A stretch of 35,696 nucleotides of DNA from Pachysolen tannophilus NRRL Y-2460 (Eukaryota), in the NCBI GenBank assembly GCA_001661245.1, contig KV454014.1, positions 413,559 to 449,254 of the forward strand. Direction: 5' to 3'. The notes beneath the pieces are model-generated. The model had not been told where the DNA came from. It worked only from the letters and a program-made list of their open reading frames with translations, and ran no database searches. The stretch's first letter is position 1. Each line of letters opens with the position of its first letter. This document shows, one piece after another, positions 1-11,700 of the stretch. Both the position numbers and the translations under genes were made by a program.

Positions 1-2
1 GC

Positions 3-1643
3 TCTTTATTTGAATATATAAGACCTTCGTTGGATTATCCGACAAGACCAATTATTACCAATGATTCGTGTACTTTAGCAAGAGAGCATAAAGATTTTTT
101 CGCTTTGTACGATAAAAAAGTTAAAGGAAGGCGACCAGTACTACCAGGAAGAGTTGTTATGGTTTATATTAATGGTAGACGGCATACTTGGGTTGCACTA
201 GACTGGGTAATAAAGAAATTTCTTGAAAATGGTGACAGAATTGTTGTGATTGCCTCTGTTAACCCGATACATGGGGAGGGAAGAAGATCATTTAGTCAAA
301 CTCGTAGTAGATCTAGAAAAAGAGGATTAATTGAAACAAAGAAAAATACTACAGAACATATAAAAGATGTTGCATTAAACATTTTAAAATATTGTCTCTT
401 GTTAGCCGATGAAAATTTAATTGTCAAGATAAATGTGGAATTGTCCGTAGGAACAACAAAAGTAACATTAAAAGATATGTTCAAGTTATATCATCCAACT
501 GTAATAGTAACTGGTACTAAAAGAAATATTGATAGAACTCCGATGGTTGCTTGGAATTCAGCTAAAGTCACAGATAGATTAGTTTCAAGATTCCCTATAC
601 CAGTAATAATGGTTCCATCAAATAATATGGAAATTTTTGAATTTTCATTATTTGCTAAATTGAGGGAAAAATTTGCAAATTTTAATTGTGGAAACGAAGA
701 ATCTAAAGAAAATGTAAATGTTAAAGAGATTATTTCAAGAGGTAAAGACTTTGATTTTGAAAAATTAAATAAAACTTCATTTAATAAACTTATGGATGCC
801 ATAAAAGAGGATAATAAACTTTCATCAGTTTTAAATCCTGGTAATGAGATCAAAGTTAGTAAAAGTAGGAATGAAAATGATGTAGATGATGAGAGTGATG
901 AAAGTGATGCATATTCAAGTGAAAATGATTTGGATGATTCAATCTCGGATGCATTTTCAGAATTGTCAAAGACTTTTTCAGAAAGTGATTCCGTTATGGA
1001 ATTGAAAAAAGCTTGTCATAATATAGAAGTGGATTTGGATAAGAAATTGAAAGATCTTAAATCAAGTGAACCTTCAAAAGATTTGTATAAAGATTTATTA
1101 TCAACTGTTTCTCAGGCATCAAGACAAATGGGTATTAGAATGGCCGAAATCGAAAAAAGTGATGGTATGGGTGCTGCAATTGTTAGAATTATCACTGGTT
1201 TACCCGATAGGAAAGCCAAAAAATCAATGTTGGATGTAGCTGATGATCTGCCTCATCCAGGACTATCAAGATTTAAAACAGCAGGACAAGCAGTTTCAGT
1301 AGTACCCTCAATAAACATCTCAGGAGATCCAACTCTCGATGAGGAACATAACAATAGATTACGGCCAACACGTTCTTCTTTGAAATTCCAACTTAGCAGA
1401 ACAGACTCAGAAAGAAGAAAAATGAAGGGTAAAAATGATAATGATCGTCGGCCGTCAGCCGGAATGTTATTCCCAGACAACAGTGACCCAAATCTAGAAT
1501 TCCACAGAAACAAATTGCAAGTAACTTTCTCATCTCCAAATATAGAAAGCACAACTCACAACAGACGTAAAGTTGATCTGGAAAAGGACAAAATAAGATC
1601 CAAATTTTCACTAAGAAGTCTTTTCAAAAAATATTCCAAATAA
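3..1643 (+). CDS. Universal stress protein (USP/AANH-like) domain protein, 5'-partial
   Basis: The frame is open from the window edge (SLFEYIRPSLDYPTRP...), and the track start at 30 is TTG. Fungal USP-like pattern: VALDWVIKKFLENGDRIVVI...VELSVG...LYHPTVIVTGTK...RLVSRFPIPVIMVP, followed by an acidic low-complexity C-terminus. Confidence 0.7.
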   Translation, partial: SLFEYIRPSLDYPTRPIITNDSCTLAREHKDFFALYDKKVKGRRPVLPGRVVMVYINGRRHTWVALDWVIKKFLENGDRIVVIASVNPIHGEGRRSFSQTRSRSRKRGLIETKKNTTEHIKDVALNILKYCLLLADENLIVKINVELSVGTTKVTLKDMFKLYHPTVIVTGTKRNIDRTPMVAWNSAKVTDRLVSRFPIPVIMVPSNNMEIFEFSLFAKLREKFANFNCGNEESKENVNVKEIISRGKDFDFEKLNKTSFNKLMDAIKEDNKLSSVLNPGNEIKVSKSRNENDVDDESDESDAYSSENDLDDSISDAFSELSKTFSESDSVMELKKACHNIEVDLDKKLKDLKSSEPSKDLYKDLLSTVSQASRQMGIRMAEIEKSDGMGAAIVRIITGLPDRKAKKSMLDVADDLPHPGLSRFKTAGQAVSVVPSINISGDPTLDEEHNNRLRPTRSSLKFQLSRTDSERRKMKGKNDNDRRPSAGMLFPDNSDPNLEFHRNKLQVTFSSPNIESTTHNRRKVDLEKDKIRSKFSLRSLFKKYSK

Positions 1644-2082
1644 CTTTTCTTTTTTTTTGTCCCCTCCAATAAATGTACTATACTATATATATAAATTTCC
1701 AACAAACTCATTCTTTATAAATAGATGAGCCCATATATATATATACATATATAATATTCATATAATCATGTAACTTCATTAATATATAAACGAATACGAC
1801 TTCATTATCTCGTTCATCTGCTTGCTGTACAGTGATGCATAAAATGTAACTATCGCATTCCGCATAAAAGCAGTGAAAAAAAAAAAGAAAAAAAGTCTGC
1901 AAGCAAAAATACCATTATAAGAAGAGAATACTAGTTGTTGAATTGTTGATATATTTATGATTTCTGTGTCTATATTGTTTCTTTAGTGTTTTTATTGTTG
2001 TTATTGTTGCTGTTGTTGTTGTTGTAACTTTTAGCTATTGCTAGACATGAAATAAAAATTAAGTAATTGCAAATGATAATTT

Positions 2083-3318
2083 ATGATGGATGGCGACAGA
2101 GGGCTAGAGGTTAAACTGAAACCTTCTTTGAATTACAATTCAACGCTTGGCCAGAGTGTACAGAATCAAGGTTTTCAATCGAAAGCGAGAACATCTGTGA
2201 TGGCTTATTATGGGAAGAAATTTGTTCCGTTACTAGTTGTGCTTGGATTGGGATATCATAATTATTCTTACTGTTATCGTTTTTGTTGGACCGAGGTACA
2301 TGATCGTTTAAACCATCACTCTGTGTGTTATGGATTACTATTTGGATTCAATTTTATACAAGCAATATTATTGATTATATGGTTGGAGATTTTTATTGTT
2401 GGTCCAGGGAGATTGAAGTTACAAATACCGCCTTATGATTTGTCTATGTATTTTGATCAAACTAGAAATGATGTTAGTAGTCAGGGCGATTTTAATCGAG
2501 ATAAATTGATTTATAATAGTCAAATTTACATTGAAGCTCCAGATTTTTTCATTTGTAATTTCCAAGGGCTCCCATTTTGGTGTTCAAAGTGTAATTCATT
2601 GAAATTGATGAGATCCCATCATTATAATGGTTGTAATGCATGTATAAAGAGGTTTGACCATTACTGCATTTGGATAGGTGCAGTTATTGGCTCAGATAAC
2701 TACAAATTCTTTATATCCATCTTGATATGGTTCTTGATCTACTTCATCTTTACCGTTGCTAGTGTTAGCGCTTATGCTTCCGACATCAAGGACTATGAAA
2801 CAGTTAATTTAAAATATACGTTAAACCCAAATTTAATTTTCCTATATATTGTTGACAATTTTTGGATATTAATAGTATCTCTGTTATTAGGTTGTCATTT
2901 ATTTTCCATCAAGAGAAATGTTTCCACAGTAGAGGAATTACAGATTAGCCGAATGAAGAGACTGGCAAGAAAACGTCATAGAAAAAATAAATACAGTGAA
3001 GTAGAAGAATCAAAAGAAGTAGAAGATCATTTATATGTTAATGCTAAACATCCATTGCATCCAAAAGTACGATTTGTGGTGAGACTCACTGATAAAGATT
3101 ATCCATACAATAAAGGGTTTAATAGAAACTGGCGTGAAGTGATGGGTGATAATTTTTTGAACTGGTTTAACCCTATAAAACTCCCGAAAATGAAAAATCT
3201 GGTTCAAAATTTCCAAGACTTGATTGATAATGAAAATAATCTTATTAGTGATAATTTTAAAAAAGAAGTGTTGAAGAGGATAGATGAAGGAAATTGTGTA
3301 CAGTTTGGAAGCTACTAA
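2083..3318 (+). CDS. PFA5: DHHC-family palmitoyltransferase, DHYC variant (Pfa5-like)
   Basis: Cys-rich domain WCSKCNSLKLMRSHHYNGCNACIKRFDHYCIWIGAVIGSDNYKFF, four hydrophobic segments, STVE (TTxE-like) motif and PYNKGFNRNWREVMG (PaCCT-like) motif. DHYC without ankyrin repeats points to Pfa5. Confidence 0.8.
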   Translation: MMDGDRGLEVKLKPSLNYNSTLGQSVQNQGFQSKARTSVMAYYGKKFVPLLVVLGLGYHNYSYCYRFCWTEVHDRLNHHSVCYGLLFGFNFIQAILLIIWLEIFIVGPGRLKLQIPPYDLSMYFDQTRNDVSSQGDFNRDKLIYNSQIYIEAPDFFICNFQGLPFWCSKCNSLKLMRSHHYNGCNACIKRFDHYCIWIGAVIGSDNYKFFISILIWFLIYFIFTVASVSAYASDIKDYETVNLKYTLNPNLIFLYIVDNFWILIVSLLLGCHLFSIKRNVSTVEELQISRMKRLARKRHRKNKYSEVEESKEVEDHLYVNAKHPLHPKVRFVVRLTDKDYPYNKGFNRNWREVMGDNFLNWFNPIKLPKMKNLVQNFQDLIDNENNLISDNFKKEVLKRIDEGNCVQFGSY

Positions 3319-3633
3319 TGTAAAATATTATTCAATATATTCAACTAATTGTACAATTATATATTAATTATTTAACAGTTATTAGCATAAATACTACGAG
3401 GAATTTAGGTAAATACGTTATTGTCTGTTTATTGAACAAGAAAAAAAAATACAATACAAATTACAAGGTATCTGTGGTGTTTAAGAATATAAAATTAAAC
3501 GATTTGTTAAACTTATCAACCACATAACATAAAACAAGCAAAAATTTTAAAACTAAAATTCATAATGAAAATAAAAAGCACAAAAAAGCAAAGTTATTCA
3601 TCAATATCTTGTAAATGAAAAAAAAATTTTTTT

Positions 3634-6081
3634 TCAATTCTGAGATTCCGTATTATAGGTATTTATAAGATCATGTTCAACTTTTAACGTTTCAAATCTA
3701 TAATTTACTCTAATATCTGGGACATTAGTTTTTTCAATATCATTACCGTCTGGTCCTTCCATTGTAAAATTAGGACCTAACCAATGCCTTTTTAATTCAT
3801 ATTCAAATCCGCTTTGCATTACTGAATTTTTAGCCAATTCACATAAATCAACATTACTTAATTTGTAAATCTGAGCAGCCACTGAATACTCTTCAATCAA
3901 TGGTTCCCTAGTATAAGAAAATTGTAATGGATCATCTGTAGATAAAGAAACATTAAGACCTCTATGAAAATAATAGGGGAAAGGATTTTTATCATAGGTC
4001 AAGAATAACGCATTATTTGATAATGGTGACATTGCAATTGGAATTTGATCTAAATAATACAAGTATTGGATGTAAGGCAATTTCCTTAATAAAATACCAT
4101 GTGAAATACCTTCAGAAACCAAATATGAGTTTATAAGATGTTCAGGATCACCAGCTTCACCACAATGGGGTCTTAAAACTAATGTATTAAAACCTCTTTT
4201 TTGTCTCCAATAATTCAAAGAACAAATATTCGAAAATAAATAGTACAAATAATATGAATATGGAGGATTATTAGGTGAATCCCAATATTTTGGAGTTGGA
4301 TATTTTCTGTGAAATCTTCTATCTTGCTTAGACTCATCATCAACTGAATCAAAACCAACCACTCTTTGTAAAAAGACATGCAATTTAGGGTGAGAAGATG
4401 GATCTTTTGTCACCTCATATAAAGGTTGGAAAAGATTTATAATGATATCATGAAATGATGAAACCAAGTCACCATTCTTATAAACACTATACAATCTTGG
4501 AACTTGAATTAACCATCTAACATTATGCGTGAAAAGTTTATTATCGATAACCCATTCAGCCAATTTATCCCATTCAGTAATGCTTCTACCATAAACTGAA
4601 ATTCTAAATTCAGAAAACTGATATTTTGACTGTTCTAAATCGTCAAAAACTTCTTGAGTTATTTCTGCTAAATAACTTCCCTTAATATAATTATCAGTTT
4701 TTAAAAAAATTTCTCTTAAACGAGATTCACCAATTGGATTATATTTTAAATTGAATTTATCAAATCTTTGGAAAGTATCTTTATGAGCATGCATATCAAG
4801 GGTATCGATACTCAAATCATATGCGGTTAAATTTAAAGATTTAAACACTTCATCTAAAGTTAAGACTTTACCATCTCTAAATATCACTTTTTCATTAGAA
4901 CAATGACGAATCTTGTGTTTAATAAATCTTAATAAATGTTTTTGATTCATACAAGCCGAATGATGAACGTGAGTATCTACTTTTCTAACGTTATAAAAAT
5001 CTCTATGAGGATTTTTCTTTGAATCTGCAGTTTCTTGATATTCATTTAATAAAGTGTATAAATTCCATTTAGCATCCAAATATTGTAATCTTTTAAATGC
5101 AAAAGATTTTGCAGGTCCTTCTGATGCAATTGTAATAATTTTATCCAAATCTACATAATAATCTTTAATTGTAGGTACTTGTACTAAATTTTTATCAGGT
5201 TTCCCAGCTTCAGTAATTTGATAAACGTCTGAATCATCTAATTGAAATTCAATTGTTGTATCAACTCCTGGTATTTCACATTTGTTAAAATCAAATTCAG
5301 ATCTACCATTAGTTATTTTAGCTGTATCATTATCATTAAATTTTTTAGAATTATCCTGAAGTTTCCATGTTGGTTTTGGTGGCTCTGGGTAAATTTTCCA
5401 AGTACCATTTCTATCATTTTTAGGATTATCATTAAATCTTTGTAATGAAACACCTTGATATTTTCTTCTCAAACTTCTACAAAATTTCAAATTTTTAAAC
5501 AACAAAGACAATTCATCTGAAGGTGAATCAGATAAAGTATTATGATCATATTCACCTATAGCGCCCAATTTAAAATGAGATTCCGTATGTTTAACATTTT
5601 TTGGCAGTAAAGGTTCATTGGAAATTCCACGATTCGAAGGCTCCAGCGGTAATGGAGCTGGAGGAGGTGGCGGATTCACCACAGAATACTTCCTTGGATG
5701 GCTTATCGGTGCACCATTTGGGTGATGATGGTTCTCAACCGCTTCAAAAGCTTGTATCTTGGCATTATGCTCATTCATCATCTTATCTTCAGTATACGAG
5801 AAATGAGTCGAAATACTACGGTTCATATCAGCATCATTTAAACCATGCTCATCTTCATCTTCTTCTTCATCTTCCTTCTTGTCTTCCTCCTCCTTTTCCT
5901 TCTTGATATCAGGATTATCACCTGTTGGAGAAACTACAGCATTACTATTATGAGCCAGTAAATTATCTTTTGTCAACTCATAAGAACCTTTAAACGAATC
6001 TTTAAATAAATCTTGTTGGCGGCGAGCAACGTTCAATTCATCTCCACTCTTCGAAGATTTCTCAGAATCCTTATCTCCCAT
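3634..6081 (-). CDS. AMD1: AMP deaminase
   Basis: RDFYNVRKVDTHVHHSACMNQKHLLRFIK, RPHCGEAG and SLSTDDPLQF signatures. The track start at 6105 is TTG; the first ATG is at 6081 (815 aa). Confidence 0.97.
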   Translation of the reverse strand: MGDKDSEKSSKSGDELNVARRQQDLFKDSFKGSYELTKDNLLAHNSNAVVSPTGDNPDIKKEKEEEDKKEDEEEDEDEHGLNDADMNRSISTHFSYTEDKMMNEHNAKIQAFEAVENHHHPNGAPISHPRKYSVVNPPPPPAPLPLEPSNRGISNEPLLPKNVKHTESHFKLGAIGEYDHNTLSDSPSDELSLLFKNLKFCRSLRRKYQGVSLQRFNDNPKNDRNGTWKIYPEPPKPTWKLQDNSKKFNDNDTAKITNGRSEFDFNKCEIPGVDTTIEFQLDDSDVYQITEAGKPDKNLVQVPTIKDYYVDLDKIITIASEGPAKSFAFKRLQYLDAKWNLYTLLNEYQETADSKKNPHRDFYNVRKVDTHVHHSACMNQKHLLRFIKHKIRHCSNEKVIFRDGKVLTLDEVFKSLNLTAYDLSIDTLDMHAHKDTFQRFDKFNLKYNPIGESRLREIFLKTDNYIKGSYLAEITQEVFDDLEQSKYQFSEFRISVYGRSITEWDKLAEWVIDNKLFTHNVRWLIQVPRLYSVYKNGDLVSSFHDIIINLFQPLYEVTKDPSSHPKLHVFLQRVVGFDSVDDESKQDRRFHRKYPTPKYWDSPNNPPYSYYLYYLFSNICSLNYWRQKRGFNTLVLRPHCGEAGDPEHLINSYLVSEGISHGILLRKLPYIQYLYYLDQIPIAMSPLSNNALFLTYDKNPFPYYFHRGLNVSLSTDDPLQFSYTREPLIEEYSVAAQIYKLSNVDLCELAKNSVMQSGFEYELKRHWLGPNFTMEGPDGNDIEKTNVPDIRVNYRFETLKVEHDLINTYNTESQN

Positions 6082-6410
6082 ATTCAACAATTGATCAAAC
6101 TCCAATTCAAACCAGCTACTTCAACCAGATTTTTTTCCCCCATTGATTTAATTTATAAATATATATTAATCAAGTCAAAAACTTTTCATCAATTTCAATT
6201 TTATTGATTCCGGTAGTGTAACTCGAACAAAGTGATTTGTTAAATGTTGAATCAAATTGATGAAATCAATTTGACAAGAGAGGTGTTGATGATTTGTTGG
6301 GACGATATTAAACCAATCATAATTGAGATTTTTAGATAGAGATCTTGGTGTGGGCTTCTTGGAGTGTTTGTTTGCTTGTTTGTTTGTTTTTTGTTTGTCA
6401 TATATGAGCG

Positions 6411-9400
6411 ATGAATCCGTATAGTAGTAATCCTTTTAGTTCAGGTTCTCAAATAACTAGTTTGGGTCATAATGGGTTTGAAGTTTCTTTGAACTATATA
6501 AGTGGTATTCCTGATCCGAATATCATATTGGATCCACATTTGAAAGTTATTTTCAAGTCTTTGATGAAGAAAGATCATACTACAAAGGAAAAAGTGTTGA
6601 ATGAATTATTGCAGATATTATCCAATGGTTCGAGTGTCCATATGCTTGATGATTTAGTTGTAATAACTTGGGTTCAATTATATGCAAAATTATCTATTGA
6701 TTCTTCAAAGAATGTGAGGTCAATGTCTCATCAAGTCCAATCAAGGTTTGTTGTATTGTTAGGTAAAAATTATGCAAAATATTTAAAAGATACTACTCCA
6801 TTATGGTTAACAGGATTATTTGATCCTGAAAGATTAGTTTCAAAAACAACTACAACTTCTTTAATTGATGCATTTAAAGTTCAAGAAAAAGTGGATTCTT
6901 TATGGATTGTTTTCCATAAACAAATTTTGAATTATTGTTATCAATTTTTAAAATTTGAGCAAAAAGATACATTATCAGATGAAAGATTTGTTGGTAAAGA
7001 AAAAGCAGAACTTAAATTTATAAGGGTTTGTTCATGTTGTTTAAGAATATTAAATCATTTAATTCAATTGAAAAATTTGGAAATGGATGATGAAACAACA
7101 AAAGATTTTAAAAAAATTTTTAAAATAGATCAATTATGGGATTTTTCAACTTCTAAAGATTTAAATTTGAAAAAAATTTTCATAATTTTGATTAATAGTA
7201 TAATTATTAATAAACCAGAATTAGTCAACGAGAAAATATTTAAAGAAATATCCAAGTCGATAATTAACTCATTGAAATATAAAGAAGCAACAAACAATAT
7301 TGTTTATTCCTCAATTACTATACCAACTTTATCCGTTTTACTTTCATTAACTAAATTTAACAATAATTTTTGGGAATTAGGAGGGAAAAAATCAAAGGAA
7401 AGATTTATAAATTTTCTTAAATTAGGTTCTTGTTCTTCTAATGAATTGTATTATAAATTGTTATCAAATTTACTTGACTCCGTACCTGCAAACTTAATTG
7501 ATTTTTCTAACAAAAAAGAATTTGAAACAATATCAAAAATTTTATTAAAAGATGTGGAATCTGAAAGATTAATTCCGTTTAAAAATGCTTCTTGGAAGTG
7601 TTTATTACATGTTATTCTGAAATTTTACTCAATGTCCAATGATGATACTAAAGTATTTATTAACGATTTTATAAAATCATTCATCTTAGTTGGACTATCC
7701 ACAAAGTTATCAAAAGAAACCATTAATTCATATTTTGAATTTCTATTTTCAAGTAACATTGATGAAGTGCTGGAACATATAAATGGTGTCATTTTAAGAG
7801 CACTTCCAAATCAAAAAATTGAGTCTGAAGGGAAAGAACTTAACGGTGTCCTTATCGTTAATAATTTTATTCAAATTTTAAGTTTACCAAAAAGCACTTT
7901 ATTAGATAATCTAGTAAATTGTTCAGTAAAGTCACTAGATGAGATAAATGATACTGAAGAATATGTTCCTCCGAGATTATCGTTTGAAATTTTAAACAGT
8001 GTACTAACAAATAATTTAATATCATACAAAATCATCATCACAGACTTTATAGAAAATAAGTTGGTTTCTTTTGTTGAATCTAATTTTCTCGAAGAGCCAT
8101 TGACTTTATTAACCAATTATAATAATAGCACTGGATTCGTGGATATTGATATCTTAAATGAATGTTATAACAATTTCTTCAGCAAAGTTTTAATGATCGA
8201 TGAACTGTTAGTTCCTAAAGTGCTTTCCAAATTACCTAAATTAAATAAGGTAAATGCTGATAATTGTCCAGATGTAAAGCTGTATATTCACAATAAATCA
8301 GCTAATTTTGAATTTAATGACCATGAACCAAAAGAAGAGAATTTGATTTTTAAATTTTTAAATAAAGAAACTTTCAGTAACTTGTTCAGACAAGCAGATG
8401 ATACAGGAAATCAAGATTCTTTTGTGAAAGCATTTTTGAGTAATTTCGATAATCAAATACTTCTTGAATTTTTGAAAAGTCGTGATAATGACATTGCTTC
8501 AAGATTATTTAAATATTTATTCCAAACTATTAGTAACGGAAATTCTTTACAATTTTTAGTAAAGATCGAAGATAACTTTATGGATCTTGAAGAAATCTCA
8601 AATATTTATTTTACCAATTTGATTTCTTTTATTAAATCAAATTCCTTTAATCCTATCAATGATATTTTGAATCATATTTCCGAAAAATTTGGCAATAATG
8701 ACAAAATCTTACGGAAGATGATTCCAGAAAATACTGAAAGGTGGATTACTCTTGTTGATAAAGCTATTGGCAGCTTCCCAGATTTGAGATTATCAATTGC
8801 TAATTCTCTTGAGCACAATATTTTCCTTGTTTCTGCTGAAATTGAAAACGAATTTCTGTCGACTTTTGATTTTGAAAATTCTCTTGAATTAATCACATAC
8901 GGAAGATTTTTAATGAAATTGTTTAAGCAGAACGTTTTTGATGAATTTTTGTCTATTGAGGAGAAATGTGAGGTTTACTGTTTTTTGGCTGTGATTGGAG
9001 AAATTGCTACAGATTATAATTTTTTAAGTGATGATGAGAACATTGAAATTATGGAAATTCATTCTCAGTCAATCGAGTTATTCCTTTCAATCTTTTCAGG
9101 TTTTACCATTACTAAATTGTCTTCCATTATTTTTGATGAAGTAGAAGGCAATCCCGACTCCTTAGCAGACACAATCTTGAAATTTTTGAATACACAGATT
9201 AAAGGGAAAACAAATATGAATTTTTACTTTAATAGAGTATTCAAGATTTTATTATCACAGTTGATTGAACTGGAATCATTATCAAATTTTCAAGAAGTCA
9301 ATATCAATTATAACAAATTATTGGAGACTCCTTTAAAATTTGCAAGTTTTATTTTAAGTTCTAAAAAATTTTTAACATTAGATAAATTTGAAAGAATCAG

Positions 9401-11174
9401 AAATGTTCTAGCTTCAGGGTTGATAGGTTTGAAGAATGAGCAAATATTAACCAAAGGTTTATTGACTCTTACTCTTTTGAATAACTTCTTATTGGTTGAA
9501 AATGAAAGTGAAAAAAACCAAGATACTACTGCTTTTGTTCCTATACCTTTAAAAAGGTTAAATATGGTTCTTCGTGATTTGAATGGGTGGTTAGAATCAG
9601 AATTTGCGTTCGAAAAGGAGTTTATTGCAATAAGAATTCAACTATTGATTTTTGTTAATTCATATCTTAATATCAGTGATAGCTCCGAAGTCCTTGTAAA
9701 TAGTACAATGTTTGATTTTGCTTTTAATTTATTCCGTGAATCCATTGGAGTTGTTTCTGTGGAGCAGCAAAATATTGAATTACAAATGTTGGTTATTCCT
9801 TTGGAATATTTTGTCTTGAAAAATTTCATTATATTAAATAAAAATAGGGAAAGTATGAATGTTTGGGAAGATGAAATTGAAGGAACGTATAACGAGTTGG
9901 TAGATATCTTGTTAAATTCTCCAAATAACCAAAAGGATAAATCAAATCAACCTATTATCTTAATTCAAGATTTATTGGTTAGAATATTCAGTTCTATAAT
10001 TCCATTGAAAAAAATGGAAATTTTTTACGATGAGTTTTTCAACCTTGTTAATGGGAGAAATTTAATTATTCAAAGATTAGGCACTGATGTCTTATACAAG
10101 TTGATTTTAGAGAAACAACAAGCATTTACCATTGAGTATGAATTGCTGAAATCCAAGTTTAGTAAAAGTGACAATAATGAAGATGATGAGGATTTAAAGA
10201 AGGCAGTATTGCCTGAACAATTGTTATCCAATGTATTGAATCCACCCGAAGAATACATTGAATATGAGGATCGACCAGAAACAGCAAGATTTTTGTGGTC
10301 TTGGTATTTAATATTTGCACATTTTAAAGATATTACTCATGGTATCAGACTGGATTATACAAATCAATTGAAAGAGAAAGATTTGATTAATAAACTTTTA
10401 AATTTTGTTTTCCATCAAATTGATATTGTTGATGACAATGATTTCTTGAAACAATTAACAGAAGATTCCATTAAAAATTATCATGTAATTGAAAATGATT
10501 ATATTTATAGGAATGTTACAACTGAACTTAAGCATTTAATTGTTCATTTATATTATTTAACTTTCCAAAACTTGGGATCTTCAACATTAGCTTGGTTTGT
10601 CAATATCAGAAATAGACAATTGAAATCAAACATTGAGAAATTTTCCATCAAACATATCTCTCCAATTGTTATCAATGAGGAGTTAGATAGGGCCACAGAG
10701 GTAATATCCAAAAATATGAATGATGATGAAAACTTGTCTATTAGGATTAATAGAATTACACATGAAATTAAGTCTGTTTATTTGATTGATGAAAAAACCA
10801 TGGAAATGGTTATCAAAATCCCTTCATCATACCCTTTACTGAACGTTCTTGTTGAAGGTCCTCTCAGAATAGGTGTCAAGGAAAACCAATGGAGAGCATG
10901 GTTACTAGCATCGCAAAGAGTCATCACATCCCATAACGGTACCATTATCGACGCAATCGAACTATTCAACAAAAATGTCTCATTGCATTTTTCAGGCTTT
11001 GAAGAATGTGCAATCTGTTACTCCATCTTGCACTATCAGGACAGCAGCTTGCCAACAAAGACATGTACCACTTGTAACAATAAATTCCACGCAGGTTGCT
11101 TATACAAATGGTTCAAGAGCTCTGGTGCAAGTTCTTGTCCATTATGCAGAAGTACCTTCAATTTCAGAAAATAA
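6411..11174 (+). CDS. RKR1: Listerin/Ltn1 ribosome quality-control E3 ubiquitin ligase
   Basis: N-terminal FKSLMKKDHTTKEK and TLSDERF motifs, long HEAT-like body, RWD domain (YPL motif) and C-terminal RING CAICYSILH...CTTCNNKFHAGCLYKWFKSSGASSCPLCR. Confidence 0.96.
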   Translation: MNPYSSNPFSSGSQITSLGHNGFEVSLNYISGIPDPNIILDPHLKVIFKSLMKKDHTTKEKVLNELLQILSNGSSVHMLDDLVVITWVQLYAKLSIDSSKNVRSMSHQVQSRFVVLLGKNYAKYLKDTTPLWLTGLFDPERLVSKTTTTSLIDAFKVQEKVDSLWIVFHKQILNYCYQFLKFEQKDTLSDERFVGKEKAELKFIRVCSCCLRILNHLIQLKNLEMDDETTKDFKKIFKIDQLWDFSTSKDLNLKKIFIILINSIIINKPELVNEKIFKEISKSIINSLKYKEATNNIVYSSITIPTLSVLLSLTKFNNNFWELGGKKSKERFINFLKLGSCSSNELYYKLLSNLLDSVPANLIDFSNKKEFETISKILLKDVESERLIPFKNASWKCLLHVILKFYSMSNDDTKVFINDFIKSFILVGLSTKLSKETINSYFEFLFSSNIDEVLEHINGVILRALPNQKIESEGKELNGVLIVNNFIQILSLPKSTLLDNLVNCSVKSLDEINDTEEYVPPRLSFEILNSVLTNNLISYKIIITDFIENKLVSFVESNFLEEPLTLLTNYNNSTGFVDIDILNECYNNFFSKVLMIDELLVPKVLSKLPKLNKVNADNCPDVKLYIHNKSANFEFNDHEPKEENLIFKFLNKETFSNLFRQADDTGNQDSFVKAFLSNFDNQILLEFLKSRDNDIASRLFKYLFQTISNGNSLQFLVKIEDNFMDLEEISNIYFTNLISFIKSNSFNPINDILNHISEKFGNNDKILRKMIPENTERWITLVDKAIGSFPDLRLSIANSLEHNIFLVSAEIENEFLSTFDFENSLELITYGRFLMKLFKQNVFDEFLSIEEKCEVYCFLAVIGEIATDYNFLSDDENIEIMEIHSQSIELFLSIFSGFTITKLSSIIFDEVEGNPDSLADTILKFLNTQIKGKTNMNFYFNRVFKILLSQLIELESLSNFQEVNINYNKLLETPLKFASFILSSKKFLTLDKFERIRNVLASGLIGLKNEQILTKGLLTLTLLNNFLLVENESEKNQDTTAFVPIPLKRLNMVLRDLNGWLESEFAFEKEFIAIRIQLLIFVNSYLNISDSSEVLVNSTMFDFAFNLFRESIGVVSVEQQNIELQMLVIPLEYFVLKNFIILNKNRESMNVWEDEIEGTYNELVDILLNSPNNQKDKSNQPIILIQDLLVRIFSSIIPLKKMEIFYDEFFNLVNGRNLIIQRLGTDVLYKLILEKQQAFTIEYELLKSKFSKSDNNEDDEDLKKAVLPEQLLSNVLNPPEEYIEYEDRPETARFLWSWYLIFAHFKDITHGIRLDYTNQLKEKDLINKLLNFVFHQIDIVDDNDFLKQLTEDSIKNYHVIENDYIYRNVTTELKHLIVHLYYLTFQNLGSSTLAWFVNIRNRQLKSNIEKFSIKHISPIVINEELDRATEVISKNMNDDENLSIRINRITHEIKSVYLIDEKTMEMVIKIPSSYPLLNVLVEGPLRIGVKENQWRAWLLASQRVITSHNGTIIDAIELFNKNVSLHFSGFEECAICYSILHYQDSSLPTKTCTTCNNKFHAGCLYKWFKSSGASSCPLCRSTFNFRK

Positions 11175-11700
11175 ACCTGTTTTATAATCTCATTTTTTTT
11201 TCTTTTTTTTAAAAACTCCTCCGGCTACCGATATATACTTATATATATATAAATATATATAATCTTTAGATAAACCTTACTACTCTTTCTTTAAATCCAC
11301 TCTTGCCGTACTTCCGTCCTTCCGCTTCTCTTCGTTGTTATCGTTGTCGTCGTTGTCGTCATCATCGTCAAGTTTGACTGGTCAATTTTGCCCAGTGAAA
11401 AGTTTTGGTCGTGTTGCCATGGGCTAAATTTCCGTTTTAGGAAGTAGGTACACAAAACAGTTTTTAAGCCATAAAAAATTTCTGAATTAAATTTAGACAG
11501 CCTAGGAAAAGTATTAAAAGTTGGAATGAAAATTTCTTATTGTGAAGGTAGTATTGTTGTTGTTGTTGGAAGAAGATAATATATCTAGTATAATTGGAAT
11601 AATTTTGTGATTGTTATTGGCTGAAGATTTTTAGTTTATAAATATTTGTTTTTACTGTAGAGCAGGGAATAGGTACAATTGAATAATTGAAATACTAATA

